Assembly (NCBI GenBank): GCA_964497775.1
Contig: CAZCEW010000002.1
Span: forward strand, 13,153 to 77,152
DNA: 64,000 nt
Source of the DNA: an uncultured Rhodobacterales bacterium
GTDB taxonomy: Bacteria > Pseudomonadota > Alphaproteobacteria > Rhodobacterales > Rhodobacteraceae
Direction: 5' to 3'
The notes under the pieces are model-generated. The model saw nothing but the letters and a program-made list of their open reading frames with translations. It did not search any database and was not told the DNA's origin. Shown in pieces: positions 8,797 to 18,705 of this stretch; position 1 is the first letter of the stretch; every line of letters begins with the position of its first letter. Made by a program: the position numbers and the translations under genes.

Positions 8797-9995
8797 GCAA
8801 GATTGGTGTGATGATCTGCGGCCATGGCTCACGTTCTCAGGCGGCGGTTGACCAATTCTCTGTTCTGGCCGAAAAACTGCCGCCGCTTTTGCCGCCTGAC
8901 TGGCAGGTCGAATACGGCTATCTGGAATTTGCCAACCCTGTTATTCGCGACGGGCTGGATAAATTGCGCGAGGCAGGGTGCGATAAAATCCTTGCCGTTC
9001 CGGGAATGCTTTTTGCGGCGATGCACGCGAAGAATGACATCCCCACCGTGCTTAACACCTATGCCGAAAAACACGGGATCGAGATTTCCTACGGTCGCGA
9101 ACTTGGTGTTGATCCAAAAATGATCGCCGCCGCTGGCGCGCGCATTCAAGACGCTGTTGATGCCGCTAATGCAATTACACCAGTTGCCAATGAAGACACC
9201 TGCCTCGTAGTGATCGGACGCGGTGCGTCGGACCCTGATGCCAATGGCAACGTCGCCAAGATCGCGCGCATGTTGCATGAGGGTATGGGCTTTGGTTGGG
9301 TCGAAGTGGGTTATTCCGGCGTTACGTTCCCGCTGGTCGAGCCGTGCCTACAACATGCCGCCAAGCTGGGTTATAAGCGTATCATCGTCTTCCCGTATTT
9401 CCTGTTCACCGGCATCCTGATCGACCGCATCTACGGCTTCACTGATCAAGTCGCAGCCGAGCATCCGGGGATCGAGTTTGTCAAAGCCGGTTATCTGAAC
9501 GACCACGCGCAAGTGCTTGCGACGTTTGCGGAACGCGTGCGCGAGCAGATGGGATCTAACCCGCCGCCCAATTGCGGCATTTGTGGCTACCGCAGCCAAA
9601 TCATTGCGATGGATGGCGGCAAAACCCGCCAGATCAGCGCCGAAGATCGCGCGCATCCTGCCTTTGGTGACGTACCTCCGCCAACTTGCGTGTTGTGCAA
9701 ATACCGCGTGGCGGTGCTGGGCTTTGAAGGTGAGGTCGGGGCGGTGCAGGAAAGCCACCACCACCATGTGGAGGGCCAAGGCGCGTCGGCTCCGGGATCA
9801 AATGTCGCCGATTGCGCTTTGTGCGATACGTTTTGCACAGGCATGTGCCGTCTGGAAAACACTGCGCATCACCATCATCATCACGACCACGGGCATGACC
9901 ATTCTCACGATCATCACCATGATCACCACCACGCGCCATACCCGCATGCCAAACACCCGCACGGGCCTGAAAGCGCGCGGAAGACCAAAGCCTGA
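8793..9995 (+). CDS. cbiX: Sirohydrochlorin chelatase CbiX with Cys-rich and His-rich C-terminus
   Basis: CGHGSR, GYLEFA, HAKNDIP, GRGASDPDAN, FPYFLFTG, CxxCKYR, poly-His tail. Confidence 0.93.
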   Translation: MSKIGVMICGHGSRSQAAVDQFSVLAEKLPPLLPPDWQVEYGYLEFANPVIRDGLDKLREAGCDKILAVPGMLFAAMHAKNDIPTVLNTYAEKHGIEISYGRELGVDPKMIAAAGARIQDAVDAANAITPVANEDTCLVVIGRGASDPDANGNVAKIARMLHEGMGFGWVEVGYSGVTFPLVEPCLQHAAKLGYKRIIVFPYFLFTGILIDRIYGFTDQVAAEHPGIEFVKAGYLNDHAQVLATFAERVREQMGSNPPPNCGICGYRSQIIAMDGGKTRQISAEDRAHPAFGDVPPPTCVLCKYRVAVLGFEGEVGAVQESHHHHVEGQGASAPGSNVADCALCDTFCTGMCRLENTAHHHHHHDHGHDHSHDHHHDHHHAPYPHAKHPHGPESARKTKA

Positions 9996-10630
9996 TGCGT
10001 CCATACGAGCGTGACCCCAAGGCGATTTACGCCGCCAGTTTCGCCACCGTGAGAGACGAGGCCAATCTGGGCCGCTTCCCCGGCGGGCTAGACCGTTTGG
10101 CCACGCGCGTCATTCATGCCTGCGGCATGGTCGAGATCGCTGACCGTCTGGCATTCTCGGAAGACGCTTATCCCGTGGGGGCCACAGCCCTTGCCAATGG
10201 CGCGCCGGTTTTGTGTGACTGCGAAATGGTCGCCGCTGGCGTGATCCGGCGCTACTTGCCAGCCGATAATCAGGTGATCGTCACACTCAATGATCCATCC
10301 GTGCCGGACCGCGCCACGCAAATCTCCAACACGCGCTCCGCCGCCGCCGTCGAGCTTTGGGAGCCGCATATCGAAGGCGCAATCGTCGCCATTGGTAACG
10401 CGCCCACGGCGCTGTTTCACCTGCTCGATCTGATTGACCAAGGCTTCCCGAAGCCCGCATTAATCTTGGGATTTCCCGTTGGCTTCGTCGGCGCTGCTGA
10501 AAGCAAGGCCGAGCTTGCCGCCAACCCGCGCGGCTGTGACTTCGTGGCTTTGCGCGGGCGGCGCGGTGGATCGGCACTGGCCTCTGCAGCCGTCAACGCC
10601 TTGGCCGCAGGCCTGCCCGAAATCGCATGA
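9995..10630 (+). CDS. cobH: Precorrin-8X methylmutase
   Basis: TRSAAA, IGNAPTAL, PVGFVGAAESK, GRRGGS. Confidence 0.96.
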   Translation: MRPYERDPKAIYAASFATVRDEANLGRFPGGLDRLATRVIHACGMVEIADRLAFSEDAYPVGATALANGAPVLCDCEMVAAGVIRRYLPADNQVIVTLNDPSVPDRATQISNTRSAAAVELWEPHIEGAIVAIGNAPTALFHLLDLIDQGFPKPALILGFPVGFVGAAESKAELAANPRGCDFVALRGRRGGSALASAAVNALAAGLPEIA

Positions 10631-11829
10631 GCGCGCCTTGGCTTCATATCGTGGGCATCGGGGAGGACGGGCTGGACGGGTTGACCCCTGCGACCCGCGC
10701 CGTGGTTGAGGCCGCAGAAATCATCATCGGCGGTGAGCGGCATCACAGCCTTTCGCCGAACCTTGCAGCGGAACGCATCGCGTGGCCGTCGCCCTTTGAT
10801 GCTTTGATCGAGACGCTGCAAAGCCACAAGTCTAAGCGCGTCGTGGTGCTGGCCACGGGCGATCCTTTGTGGTTCTCGGTCGGCGCGCGGATTGGCCGCG
10901 CGATTGATCCTGCGCAGATCGTCTATCACCCGCAGCTGTCGGCGTTTCAGCTGACCGCCGCGCGCATGGGGTGGAGCTTGGCCGATGTCGAAACGCTGAC
11001 CGTCCATGGCCGCCCCGTTCATCAGATGGTGGCCTTTATCCAACCCGACCAGCGCCTGATCATCTTGACCACTGGCGCAGAGACCCCGGCCCAGATCGCG
11101 ACCTTCCTGACAGCGCGCGGCTTTGGGGGCTCGCAAATGTCGGTGCTGGCCAATATGGGCGGCGAGAGTGAGCAGCGTTTTAATGGCACAGCCGAGACAT
11201 GGTCGCATGAGGTTCCCGCCTTCAACACGCTTGCGGTTCATTGCATCGCGGCGCCTGACGCTGCGCTCTTGCCGCGCGTGCCGGGACTGGCGGATGATCT
11301 GTTTCAATCCGACGGCACAATGACCAAGCAAGAGGTCCGCGCCGCGACCTTGGCCAAGCTGATGCCCATGCGCGGCGCGCTGTTGTGGGATATCGGCGCG
11401 GGCTCTGGCTCAGTCGCGATCGAGTGGATGCGCGCCGCGCGATATGCCCGCGCCATCGGGATCGAGCCGCGCGCGGATCGTCGCGCGATGGCGGCCGAGA
11501 ACGCGCTGGCTTTGGGTGCGCCCAAGCTTGATCTGATCGACGGCGAAGTGCCTGCTGCGCTTGAAGGGCTTGATGCGCCTGATGCGATTTTCATTGGCGG
11601 TGGACTGTCGCGTGATGTGTTCGAAATCGCATGGGATCAGCTCCGCCCGCTAGGCCGCTTGGTTGCCAATGCCGTGACGCTGGAAAGCGAAGCGCTGCTG
11701 ATTGCGCTACACGCAGAGCATGGCGGCGAGCTGGTCAAGATCAGCGTCCAACGTGCAGAGCCCGTGGGCCGTCTGACCGGTTGGCGCCCGTCGATGACCG
11801 TCACGCAATGGAGCCTCGTGAAGCGATGA
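10627..11829 (+). CDS. cobL: Precorrin-6Y C5,15-methyltransferase (decarboxylating), CbiE/CbiT fusion
   Basis: IVGIGEDG, ATGDPLWF, MTKQEVRA, LWDIGAGSGS, NAVTLES. Confidence 0.95.
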   Translation: MSAPWLHIVGIGEDGLDGLTPATRAVVEAAEIIIGGERHHSLSPNLAAERIAWPSPFDALIETLQSHKSKRVVVLATGDPLWFSVGARIGRAIDPAQIVYHPQLSAFQLTAARMGWSLADVETLTVHGRPVHQMVAFIQPDQRLIILTTGAETPAQIATFLTARGFGGSQMSVLANMGGESEQRFNGTAETWSHEVPAFNTLAVHCIAAPDAALLPRVPGLADDLFQSDGTMTKQEVRAATLAKLMPMRGALLWDIGAGSGSVAIEWMRAARYARAIGIEPRADRRAMAAENALALGAPKLDLIDGEVPAALEGLDAPDAIFIGGGLSRDVFEIAWDQLRPLGRLVANAVTLESEALLIALHAEHGGELVKISVQRAEPVGRLTGWRPSMTVTQWSLVKR

Positions 11830-12527
11830 GCGGTACGCTTTACGGCATTGGCCTCGGCCCCGGTGATCCCGAACTGATCACGCTGAAAGCCGCGCGTTTG
11901 ATCGCAGGGGCCACGACCATCGCTTATCCGACGCTTGCTGGCAGCGACAGTTTCGCGCGCGCGATTGCGAAAGATTTGATCCCGGAGGGGGCGCATGAAA
12001 TCCGCATGGATGTGCCCATGTCGACCGACCGCGCGCCTGCGCAAAAGGCCTATGACGAGGGGGCCGCACAAATCACCAAGACGCTTGAGGCGGGCGAGGA
12101 TGTCATCTGCCTATGCGAGGGCGATCCGTTTTTCTACGGCTCTTTTATGTATCTCTTCGCGCGTCTGTCAGATCGCTTCGAAGTAGAAATCATCCCCGGC
12201 GTGACGTCTGTGACTGCTTGTGCTGCGCGCGCAGGTCTGCCGCTGGCCGCGCGCAATGAACGGCTCACTGTTTTGCCGGGGCCTTTGGATGAGGCCGAGC
12301 TGAAGACCCGTATCGCGGGTGCGGAAAGCGTGGTGATTATGAAAGTCGGGCGGCATTTGCCAAAGATCCGCGCAGTGATCGATGCGCTGGGCCTGACCGA
12401 CAAAGCCACCTACGTCGAACGCGCAACCCTGCCGCAAGAGGTGATCTTACCTCTGGCCAAAGCGCCTGAAACAGCGCCGTATTTTTCAATGATCTTGCTT
12501 GCAAAAGGGGCCGACCCATGGCTGTAG
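11826..12527 (+). CDS. cobI: Precorrin-2 C20-methyltransferase
   Basis: LYGIGLGPGDPELITLKA, CEGDPFFYGSF, PYFS; ATG 11826 overlaps the cobL stop. Confidence 0.95.
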   Translation: MSGTLYGIGLGPGDPELITLKAARLIAGATTIAYPTLAGSDSFARAIAKDLIPEGAHEIRMDVPMSTDRAPAQKAYDEGAAQITKTLEAGEDVICLCEGDPFFYGSFMYLFARLSDRFEVEIIPGVTSVTACAARAGLPLAARNERLTVLPGPLDEAELKTRIAGAESVVIMKVGRHLPKIRAVIDALGLTDKATYVERATLPQEVILPLAKAPETAPYFSMILLAKGADPWL

Positions 12528-14389
12528 CGCCCGCAATCCTTTGTCTCAATCGCGCAGGCGAGGCCACGGCCCACCGTATCGCCAAACTGCTAGGCGCGCC
12601 TGTGCATGGCCGCGAGGGCCGCGTTGACGAAGCGGATGTGTTCTTTCCCAACGCGCTTGATCACGCGCGCACGCTTTTTGCCGCGGGCACGCCGGTGATT
12701 GGCGTTTGCGCGTCAGGCATTTTGATCCGCGCCGTGGCGCCATTGCTGGCCGACAAAACCTCCGAGCCGCCTGTGTTGTCGGTCTCCGATGATGGTGTGG
12801 TCGTCGTGCCGCTTCTGGGCGGACATCGCGGTGCGAACCGGCTGGCGTCTGAGATCGCAAGTGCTCTGAGTGCTACTGCGGCGGTGACCACGGCGGGTGA
12901 TGTGGCCCTTGGTCTGGCGCTTGATGCGCCGCCTGCGGGCTACCGTTTGGCCAATGCCGAAAATGCCAAATCTGTGATGGCGGGGCTGCTTTCTGGCACG
13001 CCTTACGGTCTGGCCGGAATGTTCGATTGGTTGGAGCCATTGCGAGCCGCGCCCAACGTCACCACCGGCCCGCCGCCGCGCATCAATGGTACGCATACGC
13101 CGCCTTGCATTCTGACGGAGCTCAAAGATGGCAAGCCTCATCTCGGCCAGCCGAGCCTCACTTTCTATGCACAAGAATTCGCGCTGGGCCTTGGGTGCGC
13201 GCGCAATGCTGATCCGGCCGAGATGTGGAAGGCCGTGCAAGAGGCGCTCAAGGCAGCTCATATCGCGCCCGAGGCCATCGCGTGCGTCACCTCCATCGAT
13301 CTGAAAGCCGACGAGCCTGCCATTTTGCAAACAGCCGCGCGCCTTGGTGTACCGTTGCGGCTTTTCACGGCGGCTGAGCTGGAGGCGGAGACGCCGCGCC
13401 TTGCCAACCCGTCTGATGTGGTCTTTGCGGAAGTGGGCTGTCACGGGGTGGCTGAGGCGTCGAGCTTAGCCGCCGCGGGCAAGGATGCGAGGCTCGCGGT
13501 CGAGAAGCAAAAGACCGCCAACACCACTTGCGCCTTGGCGCTCAGCCCTGCGCCGATCACGCAATTGCAAGGCCGTGCACGCGGTAAGCTGTCAATCATC
13601 GGCATAGGGCCGGGTCAGCATTCTTGGCGCACGCCCGAGGCGTCCGCGCTTGTTCAAGAGGCCGATGAGCTTGTGGGCTACGGGCTCTATATCGATCTGC
13701 TCGGGCCTTTGGCCAATGGCAAACAGCGCTCCGATTTTCCATTCGGTGGTGAAGAAGACCGTTGCCGCTACGCGCTGGAACGCGCGGGCGAGGGGCGGCG
13801 GGTGGCGCTGATTTGCTCGGGCGATGCGGGCATCTACGCGATGGGCGCGCTGGTGTTTGAGCTTCTAGATCGCAGCGAAGGCGAGATGGGTGTCAGTGAT
13901 GCCGCGCGCCGGGTCGAGGTCGTCTCGACGCCGGGTGTCTCGGCTTTGCAAGGGGCTGCGGCGCGCGCGGGCGCGCCTTTGGGCCATGATTTCTGCGCCA
14001 TCTCACTGAGCGATTTATTGACCCCACGCGAGGATATCGTCAAACGCCTGCATGCCGCAGCGCAGGGCGATTTCGTGATCGCGTTCTATAACCCCGTCTC
14101 GAAACGTCGTCGCACGCTTCTGGCGGAGGCGCGTGACATCTTATTGCAATACCGGCCTGCGGACACGCCCGTAATGCTGGCCAGCTCTCTGGGCAGGCCG
14201 GAGGAACATATCCGCTACCGTCGCCTTGATGGATTGGACGTTGATGAGGTCGATATGTTGACGGTCGTGCTGGTGGGCTCCAGCCATTCGAAACTGGCCC
14301 AACTGGGTGAGGGTCCGCGCATGTATACGCCGCGTGGCTATGCCCGCAAAATCGATGGCGATCTGGCCAAGACAGGAACGAAAGCATGA
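12518..14389 (+). CDS. cobJ: CbiG-CobJ fusion (precorrin-3B C17-methyltransferase)
   Basis: N-terminal CbiG motifs (PLLGGHRGAN, VGCHGVAEA); C-terminal GIGPG, CSGDAGIYAM, HDFCAISLSDLLTP, YTPRGY. Confidence 0.94.
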   Translation: MAVAPAILCLNRAGEATAHRIAKLLGAPVHGREGRVDEADVFFPNALDHARTLFAAGTPVIGVCASGILIRAVAPLLADKTSEPPVLSVSDDGVVVVPLLGGHRGANRLASEIASALSATAAVTTAGDVALGLALDAPPAGYRLANAENAKSVMAGLLSGTPYGLAGMFDWLEPLRAAPNVTTGPPPRINGTHTPPCILTELKDGKPHLGQPSLTFYAQEFALGLGCARNADPAEMWKAVQEALKAAHIAPEAIACVTSIDLKADEPAILQTAARLGVPLRLFTAAELEAETPRLANPSDVVFAEVGCHGVAEASSLAAAGKDARLAVEKQKTANTTCALALSPAPITQLQGRARGKLSIIGIGPGQHSWRTPEASALVQEADELVGYGLYIDLLGPLANGKQRSDFPFGGEEDRCRYALERAGEGRRVALICSGDAGIYAMGALVFELLDRSEGEMGVSDAARRVEVVSTPGVSALQGAAARAGAPLGHDFCAISLSDLLTPREDIVKRLHAAAQGDFVIAFYNPVSKRRRTLLAEARDILLQYRPADTPVMLASSLGRPEEHIRYRRLDGLDVDEVDMLTVVLVGSSHSKLAQLGEGPRMYTPRGYARKIDGDLAKTGTKA

Positions 14390-15153
14390 CCGTTTATTTC
14401 ATCGGCGCAGGCCCCGGCGATCCGGAGCTTCTGACACTCAAAGCGCAGCGCATTATCGCGGCGTGTCCGGTTTGCCTTTATGCAGGCTCGCTTGTGCCAG
14501 AGGCGGTTGTCGCGGGTGCGCCGCAAGGGGCGAAAGTGATGGATACGGCACCGATGACGCTGGACGACACGCATGCGGAGATCGTGACGGCTCATGGATT
14601 GGGCCAAGACGTCGCCCGCGTCCATTCTGGCGATCCGTCGCTCTATGGCGCGATTGCAGAGCAGATCCGCCGCTTGAAGCTAGAGAACATCCCCTACGAG
14701 ATCATCCCCGGTGTGCCAGCCTATGCCGCCGCTGCTGCGGCACTGGGCCAAGAGCTCACCGTGCCTGAGATTGCGCAATCGATTGTGCTGACGCGCATGT
14801 CGATGAAATCGACCTCTATGCCTGACGGTGAAACGCTGGAGAACTTCGCGCGCACGGGTGCCACGCTCGCCATTCATCTGGGCATTCGTGCCTTGCGCGA
14901 GATAGAGCGGCAATTGATCCCGCATTACGGTGAAGATTGCCCGGTGATCGTCGCCTACCGTGCCTCTTGGCCCGATCAGATTTTCTTGCGTGGCACGCTC
15001 AAGGACATCCGCGAAAAGGTCCGCGCCGAGAAGATCACGCGCACTGCACTGATTCTCGTCGGACCCGCGCTGGCGGAGGCCAAAGATTTCCGCGACAGCG
15101 CGCTTTATGATCCGAAAACACCCCACATCTTGCGACCCAAGGTTGACGCATAG
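14386..15153 (+). CDS. cobM: Precorrin-4 C11-methyltransferase
   Basis: VYFIGAGPGDPELLTLK, LYAGSLV, RVHSGDPSLYGA. Confidence 0.96.
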   Translation: MTVYFIGAGPGDPELLTLKAQRIIAACPVCLYAGSLVPEAVVAGAPQGAKVMDTAPMTLDDTHAEIVTAHGLGQDVARVHSGDPSLYGAIAEQIRRLKLENIPYEIIPGVPAYAAAAAALGQELTVPEIAQSIVLTRMSMKSTSMPDGETLENFARTGATLAIHLGIRALREIERQLIPHYGEDCPVIVAYRASWPDQIFLRGTLKDIREKVRAEKITRTALILVGPALAEAKDFRDSALYDPKTPHILRPKVDA

Positions 15154-15243
15154 CTAGAGAGTTCAGATTTCCACACTGAAAACTTGACGTTAACGGCTCG
15201 CGTCTAGCTTACTCTGACTCTGTGTGATCTGAGGTAGTGTGTT

Positions 15244-15594
15244 ATGTCTGAGTATTTGTCGAAAGAAGTGCGCGATGGTCTTGCGGCCGCGCGCAAAGCG
15301 CAATTGGCCAAACGCTCGCGGTTGCGTGTGGTTGTGCGCAATGAAGCCTATCCGATTTTGAAGTTCTCTGCGCAAAGCTTTGCAGTTGATGGCGATGACG
15401 CGCCGCAATTGCGGGGGCTGGTTGATATCTATGACGGCGCGCGGCACCTTTATCAGGCGCTGATTGTGGCCTCTGATTTTGACGGCACGCATATGAATTT
15501 CGAGTTCAAACGCAACACAGTCGCGGCCTCTGGCCCTGCTGTGGATTTCGAAATTGATGCAGCTGCACCTGCAGGTCTACTGACGGCGCATTGA
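15244..15594 (+). CDS. Conserved Rhodobacteraceae-type hypothetical protein
   Basis: MSEYLSKEVRDGL...LRGLVDIYDGARHLYQALIV...FEFKR; SD-like gagg upstream. Confidence 0.8.
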   Translation: MSEYLSKEVRDGLAAARKAQLAKRSRLRVVVRNEAYPILKFSAQSFAVDGDDAPQLRGLVDIYDGARHLYQALIVASDFDGTHMNFEFKRNTVAASGPAVDFEIDAAAPAGLLTAH

Positions 15595-15659
15595 CGAGAC
15601 CCCTTTGCCAAGCCCGCGCTTCGGGCTAGTCTCTTGCCTAAGATAGGGGAGACGGAGAC

Positions 15660-16643
15660 ATGGAAGCGAGCTTTTCACGCCGCGAATTGCTGACGCCTGC
15701 AGAGCTGCGCGCGCTGAGTGAGCGGTCAGACACCAAAGGTTGGATGCAAATGGCGAGCCATATCGGTGCGATACTGCTCGTGGGCATTCTGCACTATATG
15801 GCGCTTGGCACTGGTTGGGTCTGGCTGACCGGTTTGGGCCTCGGCGTGCTTCTCAATTTCCTTTATGCCGCCCAGCATGAGCTGTCGCATGCGACCGTTT
15901 TCAAGACCCGAAAATTGAACGAGATTTGGGGTCGTATCATTGGCTTTATCATGATCTTCCCGCGTGATTTTGATCAGGTCATGCATTTCGCCCATCACCA
16001 ATACACGCAAGATTGGGAACGCGATGGCGAGCTGGTACGCGAGCCTTACACGCTGACGACTTATCTGCTTTGGCTTTCTGGCATCACCTATTGGCGCAAC
16101 AGGTTCGTCGGCAATTTCCGTCGCGCGCGCGGCATCATTCTGGAGCCCTTTATTCGCCCCGAGGAAGAAGAGAAGATTATCTCCGAGGCGCGGATTCATC
16201 TGATGGCCTATGCGTCGATTGTGACTTTGTCGCTGCTGTCAGGCTCGGTTTGGTTTCTCACCTTCTGGCTGTTGCCGATGATCCTGACCAAGCCTATTCA
16301 TCAATTGCAAAACACCATCGAACATCTGGGCCTGAGCCATGAGAATGATATCATGGAAAACACCCGCTCCACGCGGATCAACGCCTTTGGTCGCTGGCTG
16401 TGCTGGCAGATGCCCTATCACACGGCGCATCACACTTTTCCTGCCGTGCCGTTTTGGAAGCTGCGCGAGCTGAATGACAAGATCGAAGACAAGACCGGCG
16501 AGGTGCACCGCATGGGCTGGATCGAGTTTCAGATCGAAGTGATCAAGAAGCTGATGGCAAAAGATGAAAGCCAGTATCCGATGGATGAGGTTTGGGTCGT
16601 GCCGCTCTCGGGCGGTCGCTCTGCGCGTTTGCCTGCGGAATGA
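15660..16643 (+). CDS. Membrane fatty acid desaturase/hydroxylase family protein
   Basis: Three His boxes HELSH, HFAHH, HTAHH plus TM segments. Confidence 0.9.
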   Translation: MEASFSRRELLTPAELRALSERSDTKGWMQMASHIGAILLVGILHYMALGTGWVWLTGLGLGVLLNFLYAAQHELSHATVFKTRKLNEIWGRIIGFIMIFPRDFDQVMHFAHHQYTQDWERDGELVREPYTLTTYLLWLSGITYWRNRFVGNFRRARGIILEPFIRPEEEEKIISEARIHLMAYASIVTLSLLSGSVWFLTFWLLPMILTKPIHQLQNTIEHLGLSHENDIMENTRSTRINAFGRWLCWQMPYHTAHHTFPAVPFWKLRELNDKIEDKTGEVHRMGWIEFQIEVIKKLMAKDESQYPMDEVWVVPLSGGRSARLPAE

Positions 16644-17482
16644 GGCAGCTTAAAACCTACACCTCGCTTTGGGCCATGCAGCCACATGATCCGTCCGGGG
16701 TGAAGCTGCCTTTGGATCAGGTGTGCGAGATGGTCGCGGGTGCTGGCTTTGACGGCATGGCGATTGATCTGGGGGCGTCTGATGTAGCAGTGGCCCATGA
16801 GGTCCGCCCGCATATGGAGGCCAATGGCCTGACGCCTTTGATCGTGGCTTTCCCGAAGACGATCGAAAGCCTCGACGAGACACTTCGGATGGCAAAGGAT
16901 TTCGGTGCGCCGTTTGTTGATGTAATCGGGCAGGTCATGCCGATTGCGCTGCACGACATGGTGCCAGTGATCGAGACGTGGATGGAGATGTCGGAACGGA
17001 TCGGCCAGCCCATTCAGTTCGAGACGCATCGCAATTGCATCACCAATGATCTTTATACGACGCTGCAATTGCTCGACCGCATCCCCGAAATGCGTATTTG
17101 CGCGGACCTGTCGCATTATGTCGTCGACCGCGAGTTCTGGTTTCCGCTGTCAGATCATGACATGGGGTTGATCAGCCGCATCCTTGAGCGATCCGACAGT
17201 TTCCAAGGCCGTGTTGCGTCGCGTCAGCAAATCCAGCTGCAACTAGATTTCCCGCAACATCAAAAATGGGTCGATCTGTTTCGCGGCTGGTGGCGCGAAG
17301 GGATAGCCTCTTGGCGCGATCGCAACGCGACGGGTGATTGCATTTTCGTCTGCGAGCTTGGGCCGCCTGAATATGCGATGACCGATGCGAAGGGCGTTGA
17401 GATGTCGAACCGCTGGGAGGAAGCGCAAGTCATCAAGACGTGGGTTGAAGAGATCTGGGACGATCTGGGCGGCGATACCTGA
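16640..17482 (+). CDS. Xylose isomerase-like TIM-barrel protein (sugar phosphate isomerase/epimerase family)
   Basis: AGFDG, FETHR, ADLSHY, CELGPPEY metal motifs; ATGA overlap with the desaturase. Confidence 0.85.
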   Translation: MRQLKTYTSLWAMQPHDPSGVKLPLDQVCEMVAGAGFDGMAIDLGASDVAVAHEVRPHMEANGLTPLIVAFPKTIESLDETLRMAKDFGAPFVDVIGQVMPIALHDMVPVIETWMEMSERIGQPIQFETHRNCITNDLYTTLQLLDRIPEMRICADLSHYVVDREFWFPLSDHDMGLISRILERSDSFQGRVASRQQIQLQLDFPQHQKWVDLFRGWWREGIASWRDRNATGDCIFVCELGPPEYAMTDAKGVEMSNRWEEAQVIKTWVEEIWDDLGGDT

Positions 17483-17641
17483 GTCTCTTGCCTTGGCCGT
17501 TTTCGGTGGGAAAATCTTCGAAGAATCCCCTGCAAGCACATGAAATCTTGCTCTGAGAGCAGCAAGCTTGACGATTTCCGTATAACTTCTCATAGGTTTT
17601 GCTGCAAATGATGCGAGAACGGTAATTTCGGGGGCTTCGAC

Positions 17642-18643
17642 ATGATCCAGACACCATATCTCCTTTTCCTAGGCGACGCGCCGGATGCTTTGTCGGCGAA
17701 GGTTGCGCAAGGCATCAAAGATTGGCGGCCGGAGAATGCCGTGGGCCAGTTTCGCATGGAAGGCTGCGGCACGAGCGTTGATCTTGAGGATATGACGTTG
17801 AGCCAAGGCTTGGAGGCCGGTGCCAAGACGCTGGTGATCGGCGTGGCAAATCGCGGCGGCTATATCTCGGATGCGTGGAAAGCGGTTCTGGTTGAGGCTT
17901 TGGAGCTTGGCTATGACATCGCTTCCGGTCTGCATAACCTCCTGCGTGACGAGGATGAGCTGCAGCGCGCGGCCAAGCTGCATGGCCGGACCTTGCATGA
18001 TGTGCGTATTCCGTCAGTGGCCTATCCGATTGCAAATGGAGTGAAGCGGACGGGCAAACGCTGTCTGGCCGTGGGCACGGATTGCTCGGTCGGCAAGATG
18101 TATACCGGGCTGTGCATGGATGCAGAGATGACGCGGCGCGGGTTGAAATCAACCTTTCGGCCAACGGGTCAAACAGGGATTTTGATCACTGGGGGCGGTG
18201 TGCCTTTGGATGCGGTGATTGCCGATTTCATGGCCGGTGCGGTTGAATATCTGACACCTGACAATGAGGCGGATCATTGGGATCATATCGAGGGGCAGGG
18301 CTCGCTTTATCATGTGTCTTACTCCGGCGTGACCATGGCGCTGATCCATGGCGGCCAGCCGGATGCGCTGGTTTTATGTCACGAGCCCACCCGCGCGCAC
18401 ATGCGCGGCCTGCCGGATTATCAGCAACCCTCGCTTGAGGAGTTGCGCGACACTGCCTTGCTGATGGCGCGCGTTGCCAATCCGGCCTGTCAGGTCATTG
18501 GCGTTTCGGTCAATACGCAGCATTTGGGTGAGGCCGAGGCGAAGGCGCTTCTGGCCGAGATCGAAGCGCGGATGGATCTGCCTACGACTGATCCGTTCCG
18601 GTTTGGCGCTGAACGGCTTGTCGACGCTTTAGAGGCGCTTTAG
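17642..18643 (+). CDS. dgcN: D-glutamate N-acetyltransferase DgcN (DUF1611)
   Basis: VGTDCSVGKMYT, TGQTGILI, DFMAGAVE, IEGQGSL, HGGQPD. Confidence 0.9.
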   Translation: MIQTPYLLFLGDAPDALSAKVAQGIKDWRPENAVGQFRMEGCGTSVDLEDMTLSQGLEAGAKTLVIGVANRGGYISDAWKAVLVEALELGYDIASGLHNLLRDEDELQRAAKLHGRTLHDVRIPSVAYPIANGVKRTGKRCLAVGTDCSVGKMYTGLCMDAEMTRRGLKSTFRPTGQTGILITGGGVPLDAVIADFMAGAVEYLTPDNEADHWDHIEGQGSLYHVSYSGVTMALIHGGQPDALVLCHEPTRAHMRGLPDYQQPSLEELRDTALLMARVANPACQVIGVSVNTQHLGEAEAKALLAEIEARMDLPTTDPFRFGAERLVDALEAL

Positions 18644-18653
18644 GCAGGCGGGC

Positions 18654-18685
18654 CCTCCGGGGGAGGTTTTCTTGCCAGGATGAAA
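18654..18685 (+). repeat. Interspersed palindromic repeat copy 1 (short form)
   Basis: cctccgg...gaggttttcttgccaggatgaa shares its 3' core with the other copies. Confidence 0.65.
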
Positions 18686-18705
18686 CTTGAAGAAGGGCGC
18701 GCGCA

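Noticed and set aside
9868-9932. CAT/CAC/GAT trinucleotide-like run as a phase-variable tract
   Set aside because: It is the mixed-codon His-rich tail of CbiX, not a pure microsatellite
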